From Halobacteria archaeon (GTDB lineage: Archaea > Halobacteriota > Syntropharchaeia > JACQPP01), in the NCBI GenBank assembly GCA_038869515.1, contig JAWCQZ010000003.1, positions 193,652 to 257,651 of the forward strand: 64,000 nucleotides of DNA, in the 5' to 3' direction. The stretch's first letter is position 1. Each line of letters starts with the position of its first letter. The translations under genes were made by a program, and so were the position numbers. Below are positions 53,849-61,311 of the stretch, one piece after another. Under the pieces are notes generated by a model. That model worked only from the letters and a program-made list of their open reading frames with translations. It did not search any database and was not told where the DNA came from.

Positions 53849-54547
53849 CTACGCCAGGTGGCGAAAGGGCTGCTGAATCCTCTCCAGCCTCCTCTGCGTC
53901 CGGTGCGCCACCCCGGGGTCCAGTTCAATCCCGCACCACCTTCGCCCCTGTTTCTGCGCGGCCTCCGCCACCGTCCCGTGGCCGAGGAAAGGGTCGAGGA
54001 CGCTCCCGCCCGCAGGGCAGTGCCCCTCGATGACCGTCACGACCATCTCCTCCGGGAGCAGGTCATAGTTCTCCTGCGGCGGAGGCCGTGGCAGCGGCCA
54101 GAGCCCCCCGTGGGGCACCTCGCAGCCCTTGCGGCACTCCGCCCGGCCCCTGGAGAAGAAGAGCACGGTCTCCAGCATGGAGGCGGGAGCGTTCGGCGCC
54201 AGCCAGAGCGCGGGCAGGCCCGGCACGAACCCCGCCCTCTGGAGGGCGGCTCCGACACGCCACGGCATCCGGATGCCCTCGGGGTCCCCGAGAACCACGA
54301 CGAACCAGCCCCCCGGCTTCAGGAGCCGCCTCGCATCGGCCCCCACAGCCCGGAGAGCCCGCAGATACCTCCCGGGGTCGCTCTCCGTCCCGACCTCCCC
54401 CCGCCGCTCGGCCTCCCCCGAGGGCCAGTAGGGGGGGCTGGTCAGGACGAGGTCGAAGGTCCGGCCCGGGAGCTTCGGGAGGAGGCGGCGGGCGTCGCCG
54501 GCCAGGACCCGGTTCTCCCAGAACGGGGGGCGAAGTCGGGGGTCCAT
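53849..54547 (-). CDS. DNA methyltransferase, beta-class N4/N6 family (motif IV SPPY before motif I), probably m4C-type and without a partner
   Basis: 232 aa. DLVLTSPPYW ... GGSVLDPFLGHGTVAEAA. No endonuclease-like ORF on either side. Confidence 0.85.
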   Translation of the reverse strand: MDPRLRPPFWENRVLAGDARRLLPKLPGRTFDLVLTSPPYWPSGEAERRGEVGTESDPGRYLRALRAVGADARRLLKPGGWFVVVLGDPEGIRMPWRVGAALQRAGFVPGLPALWLAPNAPASMLETVLFFSRGRAECRKGCEVPHGGLWPLPRPPPQENYDLLPEEMVVTVIEGHCPAGGSVLDPFLGHGTVAEAAQKQGRRWCGIELDPGVAHRTQRRLERIQQPFRHLA

Positions 54548-54607
54548 GGGTCCCGCATGGGGGCGCGGGAAGTGTAAAAGCGCGCCGGAATTTCGCGGCC
54601 CGGGGAA

Positions 54608-54618
54608 GGTTTAAATCC
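54608..54618 (+). promoter_or_regulatory. TATA-like box (GGTTTAAATCC) upstream of rbkR
   Basis: ~37 nt upstream of ATG 54650. Confidence 0.4.
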
Positions 54619-54649
54619 CATTCCAGCAAACCTGGGACGATCCTCAAAA

Positions 54650-55336
54650 ATGAGAAAGCCTCCGGTCGTCGAGTTGAAGGCCCTCGCCCTCCTCGGGGCG
54701 GCCCAGGGCGCGGTCAAGATCTCCTCCTCGGCCCTCGCCGAGTCGTGGCGCACCAGCCCCCAGACTGCCGCCCGGCGGCTCCAGTCCCTGGAACGCCACG
54801 GTCTGGTGAAGCGGACGATGGTCCCTGGAGGGCAGAAGGTCGTCCTCACTCCCCTCGGACTCGACTCCCTGCGGAAGGAGTTCGCCGAGTACAAGCGCCT
54901 CTTCGGCGCGTCGGCGGCCACCGTTGCGCTCTGCGGGCAGGTGGTCACGGGCCTTGGCGAGGGCCAGTACTACGTCTCCCGCGAAGGCTACCTCCACCAG
55001 TTCCGCTCCCGCCTCGGCTTCGAGCCCTTTCCCGGGACCCTCAACCTGCGGCTCGACCCCGACTCCGAAATCCAGCGCCACCGGCTCGACGAGGTTCCCG
55101 GCATCCCCATCGAGGGTTTCAAGACCGAGGAGCGGACCTTCGGTCCCGCGCGATGCTTCCGGGCCTCCATCGCCGCCGACAAGGCCCGCAAGCGGGTCCA
55201 CCCCGAAGCCGCGGTCATCCTCCCCGAGCGGACCCACTACCCGCAGAACATGCTGGAACTGCTCGCCCCGGTCGAGCTCCGGCGCGCGCTGAAACTCCGG
55301 GACGGAGATGTGGTGACGGTCGAGGTTCCCCTATGA
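54650..55336 (+). CDS. rbkR: RbkR: winged-helix regulator fused to CTP-dependent archaeal riboflavin kinase
   Basis: 228 aa. N-terminal wHTH (...SSSALAESWRTSPQTAARRLQSLERHGLV) plus the RibK domain (GEGQYYVSREGY...GF.PFPGTLNLRL...). Confidence 0.85.
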   Translation: MRKPPVVELKALALLGAAQGAVKISSSALAESWRTSPQTAARRLQSLERHGLVKRTMVPGGQKVVLTPLGLDSLRKEFAEYKRLFGASAATVALCGQVVTGLGEGQYYVSREGYLHQFRSRLGFEPFPGTLNLRLDPDSEIQRHRLDEVPGIPIEGFKTEERTFGPARCFRASIAADKARKRVHPEAAVILPERTHYPQNMLELLAPVELRRALKLRDGDVVTVEVPL

Positions 55337-56043
55337 GCGCATCGGCTCCGGCCCGGAGAGTCGGGAAGGCCCTCGCTGACCTCCGCCGGGGCCGGCCGGT
55401 CCTCCTCTACGACGCCGACGACCGGGAGCGGGAGACCGACTTCGTCCAGGCCGCCCCTTTCGCCCGGCCCGCCGACGTGGCCCGCTTCCGGAGGGACGGC
55501 GGGGGGCTCATCTGCGTGGCGGTCCACCCCGGGGCGGCCGAGAGGCTGGGGCTGCCCTTCATGACCGACGTCCTGCGGAAGGCGGCGGGGAACGGCATGG
55601 CCACCCTGCGGAAGATGTCGGACCTCCGCCTCCCCTACGACGCCCGCTCCTCCTTCTCCCTCTGGGTGAACCACCGGGAGACCTTCACCGGCGTCACCGA
55701 CCAGGACCGCGCCCGCACCATCCGGGAACTCGGCCGGGCCGTGGAGGAGGCGCTGCGGGGCGAGGCCGTGGACTTCGGCGAGAGGTTCCGGAGCCCCGGC
55801 CATGTCTCCATCTGCCGGGCGGCCGAGGGGCTCCTCGGGCGGAGGCAGGGGCAGACCGAGTTGAGCGTCGCGCTGGCCCTGATGGCGGGCGTCCCCCCGG
55901 CCATGGTCATGTGCGAGATGATGGACGGGAGGACCGGGAACGCCCTCTCGAAAGGGCGGGCTCGGGCCTACGGGGAGCGGCACGGGCTGGTCTGGCTCCA
56001 GGGCGCCGAAGTCGTCGAGGCGTTTTCCGCTCTCGCCCGCTAA
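55333..56043 (+). CDS. ribB: 3,4-dihydroxy-2-butanone 4-phosphate synthase
   Basis: Last 236 aa of track ORF 54088..56043. ...RPVLLYDADDRERETDFV.AA......GLICVA...RSPGHV...GQTELSV.LA.. ATGA overlap with rbkR. Confidence 0.9.
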   Translation: MSASAPARRVGKALADLRRGRPVLLYDADDRERETDFVQAAPFARPADVARFRRDGGGLICVAVHPGAAERLGLPFMTDVLRKAAGNGMATLRKMSDLRLPYDARSSFSLWVNHRETFTGVTDQDRARTIRELGRAVEEALRGEAVDFGERFRSPGHVSICRAAEGLLGRRQGQTELSVALALMAGVPPAMVMCEMMDGRTGNALSKGRARAYGERHGLVWLQGAEVVEAFSALAR

Positions 56044-56059
56044 TGGGGGCTCGTCCAGG

Positions 56060-56105
56060 CGCAGAACTCTGACCCTCGCTTTGCTCTCTCGGGTCAAGTT
56101 CTGCG
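56060..56105. repeat. Hairpin of the CGCAGAACTC...AGTTCTGCG family (copy 3), between convergent ribB and the ferredoxin gene
   Basis: CGCAGAACT pairs with AGTTCTGCG, and an inner TGACCC/GGGTCA helix follows, with a 15-nt loop. Confidence 0.75.
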
Positions 56106-56139
56106 GCGGCGTCGCCATTGATGGCAGTCCTGCAAAAAT

Positions 56140-56433
56140 TTACTCCTCCAGCTCGTGCATGCAACCGGTCTCCACGGTGCAGTTGGACCTGGGCCGCGCC
56201 ACGCAGGTAAGGATGTATCCCCGGGCCTTCTGCGCGTCGTTGATGGCGATGGCCTCCCACTGGTCCACCCGCCCCTCCCGCAACTTCCCCGCGCAGGTGG
56301 TGCAGGTCCCCTCCCGGCAGTTGAAGTCGAGCATGACACCGTTCTTCTCGCAGGCGTCGAGAATGGTCTGCTCCTCGTCGCACTCGATCTCCCTGCCCTC
56401 GAAGACGAGGTTGATTTTATGCTTCTTGCCCAT
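56140..56433 (-). CDS. Plant-type [2Fe-2S] ferredoxin
   Basis: 97 aa. CREGTCTTCAGKL ... ILTCVA cluster ligands. Confidence 0.9.
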   Translation of the reverse strand: MGKKHKINLVFEGREIECDEEQTILDACEKNGVMLDFNCREGTCTTCAGKLREGRVDQWEAIAINDAQKARGYILTCVARPRSNCTVETGCMHELEE

Positions 56434-56497
56434 CGGTGGGTCTCACCCGGAGGAGCGGCAAAAACGTTTTCCGGGGTGCGGAAAGCGCGGAAACGGG

Positions 56498-58444
56498 TCA
56501 GGCCTTTCCGTAGAGTTCGCGGATTTTCCCCCGCAGCACCTTCTCCACCGGGCTCGTCGGCATCTCCTTCACGAAGACCACGCTCTTCGGCTTCTTGAAG
56601 TCGGCCACCTTCCCCTTGCACCAGTCGATGATTTCCCTCTCGGCCAGGCTGTGCCCGGGCTTCAACTGGACCACCGCCCGGATGGCCTGGCCCCACTGGG
56701 GGTCGGGGACTCCGATGACCGCCACCTCGGCCACCGCGGGGTGGGTCCGGATTGCCTCCTCGACCTCGAAGGGATAGATTTTCTCGCCGCCGCTGTTGAT
56801 GGTCTCCTTCACCCGCTCGACGACGTAGAGGCTCCCCTCCTCGTCCATCCACCCGAGGTCGCCGCTCTTGAACCACCCGTCCACGATGGCCTCTTGCGTC
56901 TTCTCGGGGTCCTTGAAATACTCCTTCATGATGGTCTCCGACCTGTAGTGGATCTCCCCGACCTTGCGCGGGCCCACCGCCTTGCCCGATTCGTCCACGA
57001 TGCGGACCTCGACGCCCGCCAGCGGCCGGCCGACCTTGCGGTCCACGACCCCCTCGGCCACGCCGTCCACCTGGACCGCCGTGACCGGGGCCATCTCGGT
57101 CTGCCCGAAGGCGTCCACGAGGAGGAGGTCCTTGAACTTCAGCAGGATTTTCCTCTTCATGTCGGCCGGCAGCACCGCCGCGCCCGAGAGGCCGAGGACC
57201 AGGGAGGAGGTGTCGTATCTGTCGAAGTCCGGGAACTCGACGAGCCGCTTCCACATCGTCGGCACCATGACCGCGATCTGGAACTTCTCCCGCTGGAGGA
57301 GTTCGCAGGTCTCGCGCGGGTCGAAACTCGGACTCGTGGCGAAGACGAGGGCCTGGTTCCCCGAGGCGACCCAGGTGATGGGGCCGGAGGCGTAGCCCGC
57401 CATGTGGAAGAGCGGGGTCGTGCAGAACATCTTGGTCTGCGGGTCCATCCCCTTGAGGGCTCGGCGGGCCTGCTTGATGAAGGCCATGCCGAGTTTCTTG
57501 GAGCCCTCGATTTCGAACTCGCCCCGCAGGTTCAGGGCGAGGAGCCGCAGGGCCGCGAGGGGGCTCGGGGAGAGCAGGTTGGGGACCACCTTGTTGAAGA
57601 GGCGGGCCATGTTGCCGTGCCAGGTGACCGCGGCGTCGAATTTCTCTGGCTCGCCGGTCTCGAAGATGATGCGTCCCCCGGCGATGCGATTGGTCAGGGA
57701 GATGGTCTTGCCCCCCTCCTGGGCGAACCGGAAGACGAAGGTCTTGTCCCGGAAGGCGGGCCCCTCAGTGAGGGGCTTGGCGAGGCCGTCGAGGACCGCG
57801 AGGAAGGCCGCTTCCATGCGGCGGGCGAACTCCGGGGGGGCGGGCTTCCCCACCTTGGGGGGAATCTGGAGATAGACCCGGAGGAAGGAGTCGAGGTTGA
57901 GGAGGAAGTGGCGGTAGGTGAGAACCACCCCCTTCGGGAAGCCGGTCGTCCCGCCGGTGTAGCAGATGAGAGCGGTGTCGGTCTCCTTCACGGGGACCCG
58001 GACCTCCCGCGCGGAGCCCTTGATGCCGTCGTAGGCCTTGAACCCCGCCGGCGCCTTGCCGTTCCCGACGGCCACCACGTGGTCCAGCCCGGGAATCTTC
58101 TCCGCGTGGACCCGGTCCGCGAACTCCGCGTCCGTGAAGAGCGCCTTCGCCTCCGAGTTCTTCGCCACGTAGGCCACCTCGGGCGGGGCGTAGCGGTAGT
58201 TGAGGGGCACCGGGACCGCGCCCAGTTTGTGGGCGGCGAAGTTGATTTCGAGGAACTCCGGCGAGTTCCGCATCATGATGGCGACCTTGTCCCCGCGGCC
58301 GACGCCCATCTCCCGGAGGCCGGCGGCGACGCGGTTGATTTCCCGGTTCACCTGGCTCCAGGTGAAGCGCCGCTCGCCGTGGACCAGGCAGTGGGCGTTG
58401 GGAATCTGGCGGGCGTAGGTGCGGATGAACTCGCCAAAGACCAT
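56498..58444 (-). CDS. AMP-forming acyl-CoA synthetase (ANL superfamily) with a large insertion after the P-loop motif
   Basis: 648 aa. CYTGGTTGFPKG, ..GQTE.., GDLG..DEEG, and GKI near the C-terminus. About 170 aa separate the PKG motif from PLFHMAG, against ~40 aa in typical members. Confidence 0.9.
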   Translation of the reverse strand: MVFGEFIRTYARQIPNAHCLVHGERRFTWSQVNREINRVAAGLREMGVGRGDKVAIMMRNSPEFLEINFAAHKLGAVPVPLNYRYAPPEVAYVAKNSEAKALFTDAEFADRVHAEKIPGLDHVVAVGNGKAPAGFKAYDGIKGSAREVRVPVKETDTALICYTGGTTGFPKGVVLTYRHFLLNLDSFLRVYLQIPPKVGKPAPPEFARRMEAAFLAVLDGLAKPLTEGPAFRDKTFVFRFAQEGGKTISLTNRIAGGRIIFETGEPEKFDAAVTWHGNMARLFNKVVPNLLSPSPLAALRLLALNLRGEFEIEGSKKLGMAFIKQARRALKGMDPQTKMFCTTPLFHMAGYASGPITWVASGNQALVFATSPSFDPRETCELLQREKFQIAVMVPTMWKRLVEFPDFDRYDTSSLVLGLSGAAVLPADMKRKILLKFKDLLLVDAFGQTEMAPVTAVQVDGVAEGVVDRKVGRPLAGVEVRIVDESGKAVGPRKVGEIHYRSETIMKEYFKDPEKTQEAIVDGWFKSGDLGWMDEEGSLYVVERVKETINSGGEKIYPFEVEEAIRTHPAVAEVAVIGVPDPQWGQAIRAVVQLKPGHSLAEREIIDWCKGKVADFKKPKSVVFVKEMPTSPVEKVLRGKIRELYGKA

Positions 58445-58465
58445 GGACTGCGATTCCCCGATCGC

Positions 58466-59023
58466 CTATGAATCTTTTGAAGCCAGGGGGAAGACTTCGA
58501 CGTCCGAGTAGAGGGGTCCCGCAGGGGTCAGGGTCGATTTTTTCAGGGCGACCGTCCCCACCCGCCACTCTCCGAAAACCGATCCCCTCCGGGCCTCCAG
58601 CAGGGCCCGGAGGCGCGCCTTTCCGGCCCCGTCCATGAACTTGACCCGCGCCAGGGTGGCGTGGGGGACGAACCGCTTCTCCCGGGGGAACCCCAGGGGG
58701 GCGAGCCTCCCGTCCACCTCCCTCGAGAGGGCGGCGGCCTCCGCCGCCCCGCGGCCCATCCCGGCCCAGAGGACCCGGGGGTTCCCGGGACCGGGGAAGA
58801 CTCCGAACCCCGTCGCCCCGGCGCCGAAGGCCGGGGTCTCCAGCGGGGCCAGGGCCCCCCGCACATCGGCCGCCCGGGGTTCGGCGACCTCGCCAAGGAA
58901 TTTCAGGGTGATGTGGATGTTCTGCGGTTCGACGAGTTTGAGTTTTCCTGGAAGGTCGCCCTGGAGTTGAACGAGGCGGGAGCGAACGGACTCCGGGATT
59001 TCAAGGGCGAGAAAGAGCCTCAC
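58466..59023 (-). CDS. thpR: RNA 2',3'-cyclic phosphodiesterase (2H phosphoesterase, ThpR/LigT)
   Basis: Track ORF 58466..59563 trimmed to GTG 59023 (VRLFLALEIP...). Two HxT motifs, HITLKF and HATLAR. GTGA overlap with the upstream stop. Confidence 0.85.
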   Translation of the reverse strand: MRLFLALEIPESVRSRLVQLQGDLPGKLKLVEPQNIHITLKFLGEVAEPRAADVRGALAPLETPAFGAGATGFGVFPGPGNPRVLWAGMGRGAAEAAALSREVDGRLAPLGFPREKRFVPHATLARVKFMDGAGKARLRALLEARRGSVFGEWRVGTVALKKSTLTPAGPLYSDVEVFPLASKDS

Positions 59024-60780
59024 CTTCGCCTCCGGCGCAAACGAAGATAGAGAAGAACGGCCACCGCCGCCACCGCGAACGGCCACCACGGGACCGGCGC
59101 CGCCCCCGCAGCCTGCCAGTCCTCGTCGAAGGAGGCCGCGAAAAATGCCGCGGCGGTCGCGTTGTCGAGGAGCAGCCCCGCCTCCCGGTTGTTGGAGAAG
59201 GAGTTCTCGTTCCAGTTGAAACTCGACACGAAGACCCGGTCGTCCGCGATGATCCCCTTCGCGTGGGGGGACTGGACCCGTCCGTGGGGCGCGAAGGCCC
59301 GCACCTCCACCGGCAGCCCCTCGGCCCGGGCCCGGAAGCCGGCGAGGTCCCCGAACTGGTGGAGGAGCCGGACCCTCACCCCCCGCTGGGCGGCCCGCAG
59401 AAGTTCGTCGAGCAGCGGGCTCGCCCCGTCGCTCCAGGTCGGGTCCACCGTCTGCTGCAGGACCTCGATCCGCTCCCGGGCCGAACGCAGGAGGCTGCGC
59501 ACCTCCTCCAGCCCCGACTCGGGTCCCAGGACGAGGAGACCGGTCAGGTTTCCGAGGGTCCAATTCGGCCCCGGGAGCGGCGGAGTGGTGATGAGGAGGG
59601 GCGAGGGGCCGCCGCGGTCCACCCGGCCCCGGGAGTCCCCCGGGCGGAGGGTCGCGTCGAGGCGCGCCACCTCCTCCAGCCGCGCGGCGAGGCTGGCGTT
59701 CTCCGCCTTGAGCCCCCAGCCCCTGTTGCCCCGGAGGTTGGCGGGCAGCCCCGCCGCGTTCCAGTTCTCGGTCATGAGGAGGACCCCGAGGCCGTCCGCT
59801 ACGGCGAACTTGGCGTGGCTGAAGCGGTAGCGGGGCGTGTGGAGGAGCGTCACCTTCACCCCCGCCTCCTCCAGCGCCCCGAGGAGGGCCCGGTTGGAGT
59901 TGGAGACCCCACCGACGGGGCTCGCCTCGACGAGCAGGTCCACCCCGGCCCCGCGGCGGACCGCCTCCACCAGTTCCTGGGCGAGAAGGCGGTGGTCGAA
60001 CTCGTAGAGTTGCGCCACCAGCCTCTGCCGGGCGGAGCGGAGGAAGTCCACGGTCTCGGCGAGGGCCGATTCGGGCGAGGTGAAGAGCGTCACGTTCTCA
60101 AGCACGAAGGCCTCCGGTGCGAAACGCGTCTGCCCCGCCCGGAGCAGCCGAGGCCCCCGCCAGTCGGCGGCGGTGTCGGTGTCGGGACTCCACCGGAAGA
60201 GCAGCGCGCCCTCCGGCGGCGCCGGCACCGGCGGGCCCACCCAGCCGGCCGCCCCGGGCGATCTCCCGTAGGCGAGCGAATCGGCCACGGTCCCGTCGGA
60301 GGAGCGCAGGACAATCTCGTCTCCATCGTTCGCAAGGCGGAAGTTCCCGGTGGCGGCGACGGCGGGGACCTCCGGCGCCGAGTCCTCGAATTCGAAGTCG
60401 GGCCACGCGAGGTTGACCGCGCGGAAAGCGGTGGCGTTTCGGGCCACCACGACGCGGGCGCCGGGAGCCAGGGAAGTCCCGGGCGGGAAGGTCAGGCCCC
60501 CCTCGCCGTCTGAGAGGCTCCAGCCCGAGAGGTCAGCCACAGTCGCCGGGGAGTGGGGGCTCCGCCCCCGGGGGGTCGCTGGCCGTGGCTCCCCCTCCAC
60601 CGGCCCGTCCCCCTCCCCCGGAGAAGATGGCCCGGAATTGGCGATGACCACATACTCCTCCGGCTCTCCGGGGGTCCAGGGGTCGGGGTAGGCCTCCTGG
60701 AGGAGGGGGGAGGCGGAGGCCTGCGCGGCGCCGGCCAGGAGGAGGACCGAGAGGGCCGCGGCCCGGAGTCCGGGGTCCAT
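59020..60780 (-). CDS. Secreted, C-terminally anchored lamin-tail-domain + phospholipase D-family (two HKD motifs) protein
   Basis: 586 aa. Signal peptide, then LTD (EYVVIANSG...LSGWSLSD...NDGDEIVLRSSDG), HKD motifs HAKFAVADG and HAKGIIADD, a C-terminal TM helix and an RRRRR tail. Confidence 0.85.
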   Translation of the reverse strand: MDPGLRAAALSVLLLAGAAQASASPLLQEAYPDPWTPGEPEEYVVIANSGPSSPGEGDGPVEGEPRPATPRGRSPHSPATVADLSGWSLSDGEGGLTFPPGTSLAPGARVVVARNATAFRAVNLAWPDFEFEDSAPEVPAVAATGNFRLANDGDEIVLRSSDGTVADSLAYGRSPGAAGWVGPPVPAPPEGALLFRWSPDTDTAADWRGPRLLRAGQTRFAPEAFVLENVTLFTSPESALAETVDFLRSARQRLVAQLYEFDHRLLAQELVEAVRRGAGVDLLVEASPVGGVSNSNRALLGALEEAGVKVTLLHTPRYRFSHAKFAVADGLGVLLMTENWNAAGLPANLRGNRGWGLKAENASLAARLEEVARLDATLRPGDSRGRVDRGGPSPLLITTPPLPGPNWTLGNLTGLLVLGPESGLEEVRSLLRSARERIEVLQQTVDPTWSDGASPLLDELLRAAQRGVRVRLLHQFGDLAGFRARAEGLPVEVRAFAPHGRVQSPHAKGIIADDRVFVSSFNWNENSFSNNREAGLLLDNATAAAFFAASFDEDWQAAGAAPVPWWPFAVAAVAVLLYLRLRRRRR

Positions 60781-60817
60781 CCCACAGATGGGGGCGGGAT
60801 TAAACGGCGCCGGTCCC

Positions 60818-61201
60818 CTACCGGCCGGGGAGCCTCTTCCCGCCGGCCGCCTTCTTGAGGGCGAGGGTCTGGTGCATGGCGACCTCGAGGGCGGCGCGCA
60901 TGGCGTCCGCCGGCTCGATCTTCCACTTGCACCCCCAGCACGCCTTGGCGCCGGAGTAGAGGGGACTGTGGCAGCGGGGGCAAATGGGCCGGGGTGCGGG
61001 CCGGTTGCACTCGCGGCAGTAGCTCCCGGCGATGTTGATCTCCTTGTTGCACCAGGGGCACTTCCGGTTGGAGTCGTAGATGGAGCGGCCGAGGGAGTTG
61101 TACATCGCCTCCAACCGCTCCTTCGTGAACCTCGGGTCCAACTGGACCAGGGAGGGAGCCGGGGAAGAGAGGGCTCTCTCCCCTTTCCGGAGGACGCCCA
61201 T
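60818..61201 (-). CDS. Double zinc-ribbon protein
   Basis: The track start at 61204 is GTG and ATG follows at 61201. CPWC...CREC...CPRC...CWGC. Confidence 0.7.
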   Translation of the reverse strand: MGVLRKGERALSSPAPSLVQLDPRFTKERLEAMYNSLGRSIYDSNRKCPWCNKEINIAGSYCRECNRPAPRPICPRCHSPLYSGAKACWGCKWKIEPADAMRAALEVAMHQTLALKKAAGGKRLPGR

Positions 61202-61311
61202 CACTCAAGACGGGCTCTGCGGGAGTAAAAACTTCCCCTGCGGCGAAAAACAGCATCGGCGAACCCGCAGCAGGGGGAAAAGCATATCTCCGTTTTTCCC
61301 GTAGCCTCCCG

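Noticed and set aside
54088-55332. N-terminal 415 aa of the 651-aa ORF that ends as ribB
   Set aside because: The stop-free upstream extension crosses the methyltransferase gene (opposite strand) and rbkR (another frame) and has Arg/Pro/Gly-rich composition. ribB starts at ATG 55333, overlapping the rbkR stop.
55300-55340. Possible FMN riboswitch or leader upstream of ribB
   Set aside because: The ribB ATG overlaps the rbkR stop (ATGA), so there is no leader. Regulation is expected through RbkR. I could not identify a convincing palindromic operator in 54548..54649.
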